A stretch of 64,000 nucleotides of DNA from Bacteroidales bacterium (lineage in GTDB: Bacteria > Bacteroidota > Bacteroidia > Bacteroidales > VadinHA17): NCBI GenBank assembly GCA_963668715.1, contig OY764960.1, forward strand, positions 719,602 through 783,601, in the 5' to 3' direction. The position numbers were made by a program, and so were the translations under genes. The notes below the pieces were generated by a model, which was not told the DNA's origin, did not search any database, and saw only the letters and a program-made list of their open reading frames with translations. Shown piece after piece: positions 47,926-58,231 of this stretch; positions within the stretch are counted from its first letter, which is position 1, and the number at the start of each line of letters is the position of its first letter.

Positions 47926-48472
47926 TATTAAATCGGTTAACAAAAGCTGGAGTCTTTTCCTTGACCGCGACGGTGTAATCAACAGGAAGATACCGGAAGG
48001 ATATGTGTTGTCTGTTAACGAATTTGAATTTATGCCGGGAGTAACGGATGCTTTAAAAATACTCAGAGGTAAGTTCGGAAATATTTTTATTGTCACTAAC
48101 CAGCAGTGTGTGGGAAAAGGTTTGATTAATATGAAGCAACTGGAATATATTCATTCATATATGCTGAAAAAGATCAGGGATCATGGAGGAGATATTACTG
48201 ATATATTTGTTTCGCCATGGCTCGAAAAAGACAGAAACCCGGACCGCAAACCAGGAACAGGAATGGCAGAAAAAGCTTTAACAAAATACCCCGGCACGGA
48301 TCTTTCAAAATCAATAATGGCAGGCGATTCGGTTACTGATATGATTTTCGGACGCAGGTCGGGTATGCTGAATATCCTTATAGGCAGTCATCAAAATGCA
48401 GACAAAAGCCTTTTTGATTATCGTTTTGGTTCTCTTTCGGAATTCGCTTTATCGTTGCAGTCCCTTCCCTGA
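47915..48472 (+). CDS. gmhB: D-glycero-D-manno-heptose 1,7-bisphosphate phosphatase (HAD family)
   Basis: FLDRDGVIN HAD motif I, TNQ, RKPGTGM, GDS..D. Start set at the ATG at 47915 (MNYDIKS), which overlaps the hddC stop by 11 nt. Confidence 0.85.
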   Translation: MNYDIKSVNKSWSLFLDRDGVINRKIPEGYVLSVNEFEFMPGVTDALKILRGKFGNIFIVTNQQCVGKGLINMKQLEYIHSYMLKKIRDHGGDITDIFVSPWLEKDRNPDRKPGTGMAEKALTKYPGTDLSKSIMAGDSVTDMIFGRRSGMLNILIGSHQNADKSLFDYRFGSLSEFALSLQSLP

Positions 48473-48604
48473 CAATCCGCAATACTCCATGTAGCTGAGA
48501 TTAATCATAGTCCAAAGTGTTAACAGACCTGAAACATTTTACAATTTCTTGTCTTGTTATTATCTTTATTAACGGATAAACAAGCAGTTAAAAAAAGTAA
48601 GGTC

Positions 48605-49645
48605 ATGAAAAGCAAATCCGTATTTATACTTTTATCCCTCATCCCGTGTATGCATACCGGTTTATACAGCCAGTCAGGTTTTAATCCGGATAACCGGGAA
48701 GTGAATCTGCCATTCACCAGTAATATGATTAACCCGTATGGTTATTATGAGGCTATAGAAAACATTAAGTGGAAGCCGGTCTATACCGGGAAAAACGAAA
48801 TATGCCTCCTACCGGGTGAGCGATCAGGCGGCTGGAGATATATGATGCTTGACGGGAAAGTCTTACAGCTTTCCCCGGAAATAAAAAAAATATGGGAGAT
48901 CAGAAACAGGTTGGATTACCCTGAATCTGCTGTTTATGATCCTTCATCAGGAAATATTTACGTTTCAAACTACCACGCAGAAACAGAAGGGTATATTTCA
49001 GTCATTTCGGCTGACGGTAATATCATAGATAAGAAGTTTGTCAGCGGACTTATGCGGCCTACCGGAATTATTATTTCCAAAAACAGAATTTTTGTAGTTG
49101 AACGAAAAAATATTGTTGAGATTGATAAGGAAAGAGGAGAAATAATAAGGAGATACCCAATACCAGGATGCCGGTTCCCTAATGATATTGCATGCGATGA
49201 TGACGGAACGTTATATATCAGTGATAGCGGGGCGAGCAGAATATACAGTCTCTTTAACGGTGATGTCACTATTCTTACTGAGGGTGATAAAATAAGTTAT
49301 CCTAACGGTCTTGAATGCTCTGACGGCTATTTATATGCCGGATGCTCAGGAGATGCAAGTATCAGGAGGATCAACCCCGGAACCGGAGAAGTAACCGTTC
49401 TTGCCAGAGTAGAGCAAGGATCCGTTATGGATGGCTTACAGGCCCTTGGTAACGGGGAGTTATTATTCAGTGATTATAACGGAAGGCTGTTCTACCTGAA
49501 CAAAGAAGGTATAGTAAATGAATTAATTAACACTGTGTCCTCAAAAATAAATCTGGCCGATTTTGAATATATAAAAGACAGAAAAATGCTGATTATCCCC
49601 GGATTATACAGCAACGTTCTGAGCGCTTATAAAACAGACCTTTAA
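48605..49645 (+). CDS. Exported beta-propeller protein (SMP-30/gluconolactonase/NHL-like)
   Basis: Signal peptide. Repeated blade-like segments (GNIYVSNY, PTGIIIS, PNDIACDDDGTLYISD, YPNGLE.SDGYLY). Confidence 0.45.
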   Translation: MKSKSVFILLSLIPCMHTGLYSQSGFNPDNREVNLPFTSNMINPYGYYEAIENIKWKPVYTGKNEICLLPGERSGGWRYMMLDGKVLQLSPEIKKIWEIRNRLDYPESAVYDPSSGNIYVSNYHAETEGYISVISADGNIIDKKFVSGLMRPTGIIISKNRIFVVERKNIVEIDKERGEIIRRYPIPGCRFPNDIACDDDGTLYISDSGASRIYSLFNGDVTILTEGDKISYPNGLECSDGYLYAGCSGDASIRRINPGTGEVTVLARVEQGSVMDGLQALGNGELLFSDYNGRLFYLNKEGIVNELINTVSSKINLADFEYIKDRKMLIIPGLYSNVLSAYKTDL

Positions 49646-49706
49646 TATATTAACAGGGATTAAAGCCCGGTTTCATCCCGGAACAGCAAAGATAGTACAC
49701 ATGCAC

Positions 49707-50753
49707 TCAATCTAACAGATATCTCATCCTTTCAAATACGGTCTCAGGTGTTATACTGCGAAGGCATTTGTATTTAATATCCTTTCTTATACATTCACCT
49801 TTCCCATATATGGTACAAGGTCTGCAGTCCAGTTCATGGTCAGGTGTCTGAATGATAATATGCTGTTGCCCTCCCACCGGAGAAAAACCTGTTGCAGGAT
49901 GGGTCCCTCCCCATATGCTTACCGTGCTGATCCCCGAAAGAGCCGCCAGGTGCATATTGGCCGAATCCATGCTTATCATAACCCGGAGCCGGGATATTAT
50001 GGACAGCTCTGTCTGCAACCCGTACTTCCCGGCAATAATATGGAAATTATTAAAACCTGAGGCTAATGAATTCAATTCATTTATTTCATTCATCCCTCCG
50101 AAAAGAAAGAAAAAAACATTATAGCCGGAATTGATCATCTGCATAAGTTTCTTAATACCCTGGCTGCCCCATGACTTTGTCTCATGCATTGCAAAGGGAG
50201 CAATGCCGATAAGTAATGAACCTGCCGGAGCATATCTTTCTATTATCCCGAGAGCCTCCTTCATGGGCTCACCTGCGATATCAAAAGATGGTATGACCGG
50301 TCTGTCTACCTTATACCCGGCCCTGACGAATACATCAGCATATCTCGAGGTTGTATGCGGAAGGACAGGCCCGCGTTTATCTCTGATAAATTTTTTCTTA
50401 TCATTCCTTCCCTTATCTATACGGTTTGCCTTCACTCCCATCAGTCTGTATATAAGACAAATAATCCACGTACGAATAACACTGTGAAGGTCAATAACAT
50501 GTCTTATCCTGTATTCACGATTAATATCCCTGACCAGTCTGACTATACCACATAATCCTTTGTGCCTGTCTGAAAAATCCGCTTTAAAAACCTCAGCGTT
50601 CTTCAATCCGGAAAAAAAAGCGGCATAAGGAGCACGGGTAAGGATCAGCATTCTGCAATCAGGTGTGTCAACTGCCCTGATGACCGGTGCCGCAAGGGCA
50701 ACATCACCCATAGCGGACAATCTGATAATAAGTATATATTGTTGTTGAGCCAT
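49707..50753 (-). CDS. Glycosyltransferase family 9 (heptosyltransferase-like)
   Basis: ILIIRLSAMGDVALAAPV N-terminus and C-terminal DSANMHLAAA block, both typical of GT9. Confidence 0.85.
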   Translation of the reverse strand: MAQQQYILIIRLSAMGDVALAAPVIRAVDTPDCRMLILTRAPYAAFFSGLKNAEVFKADFSDRHKGLCGIVRLVRDINREYRIRHVIDLHSVIRTWIICLIYRLMGVKANRIDKGRNDKKKFIRDKRGPVLPHTTSRYADVFVRAGYKVDRPVIPSFDIAGEPMKEALGIIERYAPAGSLLIGIAPFAMHETKSWGSQGIKKLMQMINSGYNVFFFLFGGMNEINELNSLASGFNNFHIIAGKYGLQTELSIISRLRVMISMDSANMHLAALSGISTVSIWGGTHPATGFSPVGGQQHIIIQTPDHELDCRPCTIYGKGECIRKDIKYKCLRSITPETVFERMRYLLD

Positions 50754-50756
50754 TAA

Positions 50757-51170
50757 TCAGCCGTAATCTTCGTAAGATTTCTCTTCTGTAAGTTCCGATC
50801 CGGTTTGTTCGTTTATGAGGCGCTTGATCTCTGCCCTGCGGTCGTTAATGTAATAAACCGAGCGGGCTGTTTCTATAAACTCCTTTCCAAAATCCTTTTT
50901 TTTCTCCAGTAACCTGATCCTGTCTTCTATATCCCAGAGCTTCAGGTTTACATCATACAGATCCCTGTATAAGTGGTGTTCTTTGCCGATAATCCTGCTG
51001 ACAGCATTATCAAGCACTTCGTATTCTCTCCTGAGATTGTCGATCTTTGTCTTGTCCTTTATCCTCGCCAGCTTTATTTCAATAATAGTAAGCTTATCTG
51101 CTATCTCACCATTGGATACTTCTATTTTCATCCTTTCACTGAATTTGGGTTTCCCCGGTAAATTTACCAT
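50757..51170 (-). CDS. Hypothetical coiled-coil protein (DUF6165-like, from memory)
   Basis: 137 aa and helical. Its stop is 3 nt from the GT9 start. An internal Met at 51131 is an alternative start. Confidence 0.5.
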   Translation of the reverse strand: MVNLPGKPKFSERMKIEVSNGEIADKLTIIEIKLARIKDKTKIDNLRREYEVLDNAVSRIIGKEHHLYRDLYDVNLKLWDIEDRIRLLEKKKDFGKEFIETARSVYYINDRRAEIKRLINEQTGSELTEEKSYEDYG

Positions 51171-51184
51171 TATTTTATGATATC

Positions 51185-53461
51185 CTACTGAGGATCGACG
51201 TCACTGTAAATCCTTACTGAGCTGTATTTCCTGTTTTCACGTAATGAATTTACATGTTTGCCTATGAGTTCTTTCATATACCTGTATGAAATAGTTTTTT
51301 CAGTCTTGAGCAGGATTGATTTTATATATAGGTTCTGTATTCTCGTATGCGGGGGATATTCAGGGCCAAGCACCCTGTTTTTCAGCTTCCTGCGCAAACC
51401 GTCAGCCAGCAATGAGGCAGCCTCATCGACAATAGCCCTGTCCTTATGCTTAATGTATATCCTTATAAGTCTTGAGAAAGGAGGGTAATTGAATTCTTCC
51501 CTTTCCTCAATTTGTTTATTATACATTCCCTCATAATCATTATACAGAATATATTTCATTACAGGGTGATAAGGATCCGACGTCTGTATTATAACTTTCC
51601 CTCTTGTATTTCTTCTCCCGGCTCTTCCGCTCACCTGCGCAGCCATCTGATAGCAACGCTCATGAGCCCTGAAATCAGGATAAAACAGCATACCGTCAAG
51701 ATTGAGTATTCCAACCACCGTAAGGTTTTCAATATCCAGTCCTTTTGATATCATCTGTGTCCCTATTAGAATATCGGTTTCCTTTTTTTCCAGTTCACTT
51801 ATTATCCTTTCCATTGATCCCTTTTTGCGGGTGCTGTCGTAGTCCATTCTCCTGACCCTGGCGTCGGGAAAAAGAATTGAGATCTCATCCTCCACCTTCT
51901 CTGTACCGAAACCTTTAAATTTAAGGTTTGTAGATTTACAGTTGTCACACCTGGATGGCACAGGAGCTGTCGACCCGCAATAATGACAGTACAGGCTGTT
52001 CATATTCTTATGATATGTATAGTTAACCGAACAATTGGGACATACAGGAGTCCATCCGCAATCGGCACATATGATAAAATGTGCAAATCCTCTCCTGTTT
52101 CTGAAAAGCACTACCTGTTCATTATCCTCCAGCGCCTGGTCTATTGACTCAATCAGCAAAGGGGTAAAATGTGATATCATAGTTTTTTTTCTATATGCTT
52201 CCTTTGAGTCGGCCAGGATTATTTCCGGCATTTTTATATCACCATACCTTTGCCCGAGAAAGGCATATCCGTATTTACCTGTCCTGGCGTTATACATTGA
52301 TTCGACTGAGGGGGTTGCCGAGCCCATCAGGACTTTAGCTCCTGTCATTTTTGCTTTCATTACCGCAGTATCCCTGGCATTATATCTTGGTGCAGGATCG
52401 TACTGCTTATATGAACTGTCATGTTCTTCGTCAACTATAACAAGGCCGGCATTTTCGACCGGCAGGAATACCGATGACCTTACCCCCAGGAGCACTCTGT
52501 ATTCAGGAAGAGCCGAGCGCCCCCTGATCCGTTCATACACTTCAGCTTTTTCATTATCATTCAGGCCTGAATGGTATACTCCTACAAGATCTCCGAAACA
52601 TTTTCTCAGGCGGTTTATGATCTGTGTGGTCAGTGCTATTTCAGGTAACAGGTACAACACCTTTTTACCCTGCGATAACACCTTCTCAATAAGATGAATA
52701 TATATCTCTGTTTTCCCACTCGAAGTAACTCCGTGCAGCAGTACTGTATCCCTGTCGGCAAACTGACGGGTTATTTCTTTATAAGCTTTCTGCTGTAACG
52801 GGCTCAGCTCTTTAAGCGGTGACAAAGCTTCAGCATACCCGTCGAATCTTGATTCCTCTTTTTCAAACCTCCGGAATATCCCTGCTTCAGTCAACTTTTT
52901 AATTACTGATACAGATATGCCTGCCTTTTCACGAAGCATTTTCAACGAAACATCAGGAACATTTTTCCCTCCCTCATATGATGTTATATCAAGATAGTTG
53001 ATCAGCAGCCTGTATCTGGCAGGTGTCTTTTGCATACTGTCAAGCAGTACGGCAAGCTCATCTTCCGTATACGAACGGGATAATACGAGCCTGGACCCGG
53101 TCCTTATCCTGTACTTCAAGGAATCATCCGCAGAAATAATACAGGAAGGCAGGGTTGCATTCATTACATCACCCAGGGCACACTGGTAATACTCACTAAC
53201 CCATTGCCATAAGTCAAGCTGCACTTCAGAGACCAAAGGGCCGGTACCAATAACGTCTATTATCTCCTTTACTACAGACAGGTCAGGTTTTTCAGCATAT
53301 ATCCTGTATACAATTCCTTTATAGCTGCTTTTTTTTCCAAAAGGGACAATAACTCCCGACCCCCTTTCAATTCTGCCTGAAAGGGGTGATGAAACCCTGT
53401 AGGTAAACAGATTCCCTACCGACAGGGGAAGTATTATATCGGCATAAAAAACGTTGCCCAT
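51185..53461 (-). CDS. priA: Primosomal protein N' (replication restart helicase PriA)
   Basis: Walker A GVTSSGKTE, DEEH box, Cys-rich zinc region (CADCG..CPNC..CHYCG..CDNC), 758 aa. Confidence 0.93.
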   Translation of the reverse strand: MGNVFYADIILPLSVGNLFTYRVSSPLSGRIERGSGVIVPFGKKSSYKGIVYRIYAEKPDLSVVKEIIDVIGTGPLVSEVQLDLWQWVSEYYQCALGDVMNATLPSCIISADDSLKYRIRTGSRLVLSRSYTEDELAVLLDSMQKTPARYRLLINYLDITSYEGGKNVPDVSLKMLREKAGISVSVIKKLTEAGIFRRFEKEESRFDGYAEALSPLKELSPLQQKAYKEITRQFADRDTVLLHGVTSSGKTEIYIHLIEKVLSQGKKVLYLLPEIALTTQIINRLRKCFGDLVGVYHSGLNDNEKAEVYERIRGRSALPEYRVLLGVRSSVFLPVENAGLVIVDEEHDSSYKQYDPAPRYNARDTAVMKAKMTGAKVLMGSATPSVESMYNARTGKYGYAFLGQRYGDIKMPEIILADSKEAYRKKTMISHFTPLLIESIDQALEDNEQVVLFRNRRGFAHFIICADCGWTPVCPNCSVNYTYHKNMNSLYCHYCGSTAPVPSRCDNCKSTNLKFKGFGTEKVEDEISILFPDARVRRMDYDSTRKKGSMERIISELEKKETDILIGTQMISKGLDIENLTVVGILNLDGMLFYPDFRAHERCYQMAAQVSGRAGRRNTRGKVIIQTSDPYHPVMKYILYNDYEGMYNKQIEEREEFNYPPFSRLIRIYIKHKDRAIVDEAASLLADGLRRKLKNRVLGPEYPPHTRIQNLYIKSILLKTEKTISYRYMKELIGKHVNSLRENRKYSSVRIYSDVDPQ

Positions 53462-53526
53462 ATTTTTACAGGCTTACTTAATGTTTAAAAATAATCAAAA
53501 ACAGGGAAAGAATAATTAATGGATAT

Positions 53527-55356
53527 TCAGCTATTCCTATTAAGGAATTCTGATATCACTGAAAGCAGTTTCTCCTGACTTATCGGTTTCAGGAGGCAGG
53601 CATCACATCCGGCAACGATAATATCCTCCTTCTCTTCCTCAAAGACAAAAGCCGTTTGAGCGATAATAGGAATATTACCTTTCAGTTGCCTTATCTCTTT
53701 CATTGCTTCAAGGCCGTTCATTTCAGGCATCTGCATATCCAGAAGCACGAGGTCGATCCTGTCTTCAGTTTTGGCAATATCAATGGCTTCCATCCCTGAA
53801 TGAGCCTGGATAACATTAATACCCGTATCAGACAGCACTCTGTTCAGGTACCTTAATATGTCGATATTATCATCAGCGACCAGTATAGTCTTTCCTGTCC
53901 ACAAATCTTTAGCCGGAATATTCTCTTCCTTTTTCCTTGGTTCACTATAGGCCTTCACATCCACAGGTCTGTACGGTATAGTAAAGAAAAACTCCGATCC
54001 CTTACCTTTTTCAGATTCAACCCACAGGTAACCATCCATATTCTCAATTACTTTCCTGGCCATGGTAAGTCCGACACCCAGTCCCTCGAATGTCCGGTGA
54101 TGTCCTATCTCTTCCTGTCTGAATTGTTCGAAAATATTTTTCAGATTCTCCTTGCTTATTCCAATACCAGTATCTTTCACGGTAAACATGACCGAAGTAC
54201 CTGCCAGTACCGACTTAAGTTCGATACTACCTGCCCTGGTAAACTTGACGGCATTATCTATCAGGTGGCGGAATACACGTTTAAGCCAGACATCATCCGA
54301 ATAGATAATATCCTTACCATCGTTCAGTCCCTTATCTATTGTAAACTTAAGATCTTTTCCGCTTCTGCTGATAAGCTTCGCCGCATAGTCGTCTACATAA
54401 TCCAGTATTGAATTAACACGTACCGGGTTGTATTTTATTTCTATCTCGTTATTCTCCAGTCTGCTCAGGTCTATTATATCAGTGATTACCTGAAGGAGCT
54501 TTTCTGTGTTTTGATTGAGATAACCCACATACTCTTCCCTTATTTTCTGGTCGGTGTTGGGATCATTCAGCAGGTTTGCAAAACCTACTATACTGTTAAG
54601 CGGAGTCCTTATCTCATGTGAGATATTAGCAAGGAACGTTGATTTCAGCCTGTTGCTTTCCTCTGCCTTTTCCTTTGCTATGATAAGCTGTGTCTGGGTT
54701 TCCTTTATTGAAGTGATATCATGAGATATATAAAGTATACCTAGCGGTGAGCCTGCATCATCCTTTACCTCTACCATTTTAGTGGCAAGAACTATATACC
54801 TGCCATTTTTATGTTTCATCCTTATCTCAGCCTCATAATACCCGTTTTTCTCAATTGATCTTTTTCGTTCTTCAAGAAAGTCTGAATTATCAGGATGAAG
54901 CATATCCTTATTACCTGCTATATCATGGAAGCCGTTTTCCCCGGGGTCCAGCCCCAATACTGAATAAACTGCGGGATTAGCATATTTTACAGACCAGTCT
55001 GTATTATACAGAATTATTCCGTCTTCAGCTGATGCCAGCATTATTCCATACAGTCTTTCGGAATTTGCACGTTCTCTTTCTATTCTCTCTTTCTGTTCAA
55101 GCAGTTCCCTGTTCAGTTTTTCCAGGTTATGATTAGCCTGTTCTATCTCCTCAGTCTTGGACTTTAATTCGAGAGTCATTTTACGGCTTTTCCTGATAAA
55201 TACAATTGTAAGTGTTACCATTATTGCAAATGCGCTGATTATGGTCAGCAAAAGCTGCATGATCTCCAGTGGTAACGAATCAAGTATTTCTGCAGGTCTA
55301 AGCTCTGCCAAAACATCAGTAACTACCGAAATTACATGTATGAACAAATTGATCAT
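53527..55356 (-). CDS. Hybrid sensor histidine kinase/response regulator (TM + coiled coil + PAS)
   Basis: H-box SHEIRTPLNSI, GLGVGLTMARK, receiver LLDMQMPEMNGLE. Confidence 0.88.
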   Translation of the reverse strand: MINLFIHVISVVTDVLAELRPAEILDSLPLEIMQLLLTIISAFAIMVTLTIVFIRKSRKMTLELKSKTEEIEQANHNLEKLNRELLEQKERIERERANSERLYGIMLASAEDGIILYNTDWSVKYANPAVYSVLGLDPGENGFHDIAGNKDMLHPDNSDFLEERKRSIEKNGYYEAEIRMKHKNGRYIVLATKMVEVKDDAGSPLGILYISHDITSIKETQTQLIIAKEKAEESNRLKSTFLANISHEIRTPLNSIVGFANLLNDPNTDQKIREEYVGYLNQNTEKLLQVITDIIDLSRLENNEIEIKYNPVRVNSILDYVDDYAAKLISRSGKDLKFTIDKGLNDGKDIIYSDDVWLKRVFRHLIDNAVKFTRAGSIELKSVLAGTSVMFTVKDTGIGISKENLKNIFEQFRQEEIGHHRTFEGLGVGLTMARKVIENMDGYLWVESEKGKGSEFFFTIPYRPVDVKAYSEPRKKEENIPAKDLWTGKTILVADDNIDILRYLNRVLSDTGINVIQAHSGMEAIDIAKTEDRIDLVLLDMQMPEMNGLEAMKEIRQLKGNIPIIAQTAFVFEEEKEDIIVAGCDACLLKPISQEKLLSVISEFLNRNS

Positions 55357-55616
55357 GCTATCAATATACTAAAATCCCTTTTATATCCCAATCCTTTAAT
55401 TCCTGCCCGGAACAATTGCTGCACCTGCACGAAGATATTGTGGCAAAGATAATTAAATCAGACAGGTTAAATTTCCTTAAAAAAAATTAATTTTACAAAC
55501 TTTGTAAATATATCAATATTCCAGTCATTCAAATAAACAGACAAACAAATTTATTAAAAAAAGTATTTAGGAACAACCAATTAACTCAAATATTGTTAAA
55601 CAGTAAACTATTGAAT

Positions 55617-56108
55617 ATGGAGCCGGGAGAAAGAAAATACAAAAACAAGGATATTACCGTTTACTGGAAACCGTCATCATGCATACATGCCTCAGCCTGT
55701 ACGAACGAACTCCCTGAAGTATTCAACCCGGATGAAAGACCATGGGTAAAGATGGAAGGATCGGTAACTGAAAAAATTATTGAAGTAGTTGATAAATGCC
55801 CTGTAGACGCTCTGACATGGAAATGGAACGATGAAAAAAAGAACAAAAATATTGGAATCGCACACCCTAACCATATAAATAACCGGCGCAAATCTTTGAT
55901 CAGTAAAGATGATCTTGAGACCCTGCAACAGGTTACAATAAATTTAATGGACAACGGGCCGCTTGTTATCGACGGGAACTTTTTTCTTGAGAAAGAAAAC
56001 GGAACTCGTTCAAAATTCAGCGGTACCGTTTCGTTATGCCGTTGCGGGGGAAGCAAACTAAAACCATTCTGTGACGGCTCTCACAGAACAAATGGATTCA
56101 AAGCCTAA
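55617..56108 (+). CDS. Fusion of a divergent 4Fe-4S mono-cluster domain with a CDGSH iron-sulfur domain
   Basis: N-terminal ITVYW.PS.CIH...C..P motif. C-terminal CRCGGSKLKPFCDGSH. Start taken at MEPGERKY. Confidence 0.7.
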   Translation: MEPGERKYKNKDITVYWKPSSCIHASACTNELPEVFNPDERPWVKMEGSVTEKIIEVVDKCPVDALTWKWNDEKKNKNIGIAHPNHINNRRKSLISKDDLETLQQVTINLMDNGPLVIDGNFFLEKENGTRSKFSGTVSLCRCGGSKLKPFCDGSHRTNGFKA

Positions 56109-56120
56109 TATTTTTCACTT

Positions 56121-56303
56121 ATGGAAGAAAAAAACAAACCACCTGTTATAACGATAATTAAAAACGGCCCGCTCAAAGTATCCGGCGATTTTACACTTTT
56201 AAAGGAAAATAACTTCCCTGTTGAATCGGGGAAAGTAGTATTTCTGTGCAGGTGTGGCAAGTCATCCAGGAAACCGTTTTGTGACGGTTCTCACAGAAAA
56301 TGA
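56121..56303 (+). CDS. CDGSH iron-sulfur domain protein (60 aa)
   Basis: CRCGKSSRKPFCDGSH signature, 12 nt after the preceding gene. Confidence 0.75.
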   Translation: MEEKNKPPVITIIKNGPLKVSGDFTLLKENNFPVESGKVVFLCRCGKSSRKPFCDGSHRK

Positions 56304-56323
56304 TCAATTAACCAATCCAACGA

Positions 56324-57514
56324 TCAGGATATAACCTCTTTGACTCTTTTAGCGGCATCTTCAAATGAGATGGCAGAAAACACTTTCAGTCCCGAATTAT
56401 CAATAATCTCCTTTGCTTCTTTGGCATTGGTCCCCTGTAATCTTACAATAACAGGTACAGGTAATGAACCGTAAGATTTGCAGGCTTCGACAACTCCGTT
56501 AGCGACCCTGTCGCAACGCACTATACCTCCGAATATATTTATCAATATTGCTTTAACATTCGGATCGCGTAAAATAATCCTGAACCCGGCTTCAACAGTT
56601 TCAGCGCTGGCTGTGCCTCCGACATCAAGAAAATTAGCCGGGCTACCTCCCGACAACTTAATAAGGTCCATTGTAGCCATAGCCAGGCCTGCGCCATTAA
56701 CCATACAACCGACATTACCGTCGAGCTTAATAAAATTCAGATTATATTTACCTGCTTCGACTTCAGTAGGGTCTTCTTCCGTAAGGTCTCTCATTGCAGT
56801 AATATCCTTATGCCTGAACATGGCGCTATCGTCTACTACAAACTTACAGTCTACTGCAAGTATCTTATTATCACTTGTTTTCAGTACCGGGTTTATTTCC
56901 AGCAACTGAGCGTCGCTTCCTGTGAATGCATCATAAAGACCTTTAAGGAATCGCTGCATATCCTTAAATGCTTCACCGCCAAGCTTCAGGTTAAAGGCCA
57001 CTCTCCTCGTCTGGAAGGACTGGAGCCCCAAAGCGGGATCAATATACTCCCTGAAAATAAGGTGAGGTGTTTTCTCCGCCACTTCTTCTATGTCCATTCC
57101 TCCCTCAGGGGAGTACATCAGCACATGACGGCTTGTGTTTCGGTCAAGGAGAAGACTGATGTAATACTCCTCGGGTTCAGAATCGCCGGGGTAATAGACA
57201 TCCTGAGCAACCAAAATCTTGTTTACCTCCTTGCCTTCGGGGCCTGTTTGGGGTGTTACAAGCTGCATCCCAATAATAGCACCCGTTATATCAGATACTT
57301 CCTCTATTGATTTTGCAAGCTTAACTCCTCCCCCTTTGCCTCTGCCTCCGGCATGTATCTGTGCTTTAATCACATAAAAGCCGGAATTAAATTTAGCTTT
57401 AAGCTGTTCGGCAATCATAACGGCCTGATCCGGCGTTTCCGCCACAAATCCTTCCTGAATACGAACATCATAGTTTTTAAGGATCGATTTACCCTGGTAC
57501 TCATGTAGATTCAT
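56324..57514 (-). CDS. sucC: Succinate--CoA ligase (ADP-forming) beta subunit
   Basis: MNLHEYQGK N-terminus, ATP-grasp blocks, GGIVRCD, 396 aa. No sucD is adjacent. Confidence 0.93.
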   Translation of the reverse strand: MNLHEYQGKSILKNYDVRIQEGFVAETPDQAVMIAEQLKAKFNSGFYVIKAQIHAGGRGKGGGVKLAKSIEEVSDITGAIIGMQLVTPQTGPEGKEVNKILVAQDVYYPGDSEPEEYYISLLLDRNTSRHVLMYSPEGGMDIEEVAEKTPHLIFREYIDPALGLQSFQTRRVAFNLKLGGEAFKDMQRFLKGLYDAFTGSDAQLLEINPVLKTSDNKILAVDCKFVVDDSAMFRHKDITAMRDLTEEDPTEVEAGKYNLNFIKLDGNVGCMVNGAGLAMATMDLIKLSGGSPANFLDVGGTASAETVEAGFRIILRDPNVKAILINIFGGIVRCDRVANGVVEACKSYGSLPVPVIVRLQGTNAKEAKEIIDNSGLKVFSAISFEDAAKRVKEVIS

Positions 57515-57617
57515 AAGATATAATTTATCGTTTTAATATTATCATATTATCCAAAGGAAAAAAACGAAAGCCAAATTACGTTTTTTTTCTCTATTTTAGT
57601 AATTAAAAGCAGATGTT

Positions 57618-58154
57618 ATGCGCAAGCTTAGGATGTCGGAGTTGAAGAGAAAAACAATTGAAGAATTCAAGCAATCAGATAAAAGTCCTGTTATAATAAT
57701 ACTCGACAATGTAAGGAGTCTCAACAATATCGGATCTGTATTCAGAACAGCCGATTGTCTGAAAGCCGAGGCGGTTTATCTGTGCGGCATTACTGGCTGT
57801 CCTCCCCACAGGGAAATACACAAAACGGCTCTTGGTGCTACTGAATCTGTTGACTGGCAATATTTTAAAAGCACTATTGAAGCGATTGACAAGTTAAAAA
57901 AAGAGGGATATACAATAATCTCAATTGAACAGGCTGAAGGATCAACATCCTTACAATCGTTCCAGCCCGAAAAAGACGTAAAGCTTGCCCTTGTTTTCGG
58001 ACATGAGGTACATGGTGTTCATCAGGATATTATTGATATTTCTGACCTTTGTATTGAAATCCCTCAGTTCGGTACAAAGCACTCCTTTAATATATCGGTA
58101 TCTGTTGGGATAGTACTGTGGGATATATTTTCAAAATTGTACTACAGGGGGTAA
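57618..58154 (+). CDS. TrmH/SpoU-family RNA 2'-O-methyltransferase
   Basis: SLNNIGSVFRTAD, ALVFGHEVHGV and IPQFGTKHSFNISVS SPOUT motifs. Confidence 0.85.
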   Translation: MRKLRMSELKRKTIEEFKQSDKSPVIIILDNVRSLNNIGSVFRTADCLKAEAVYLCGITGCPPHREIHKTALGATESVDWQYFKSTIEAIDKLKKEGYTIISIEQAEGSTSLQSFQPEKDVKLALVFGHEVHGVHQDIIDISDLCIEIPQFGTKHSFNISVSVGIVLWDIFSKLYYRG

Positions 58155-58173
58155 AACTATGCCGGCCCGGTAC

Positions 58174-58202
58174 AAAAAAATACCCCATCCTTCCGGACGG
58201 GG
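58174..58202 (-). terminator. Rho-independent terminator after the TPR lipoprotein gene (possibly bidirectional)
   Basis: The minus strand reads ccccgtcc-ggaa-ggatgggg followed by tattttttt. It lies between convergent genes. Confidence 0.65.
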
Positions 58203-58231
58203 CATTCCTTTAAACTATAGTATCTCGTATT

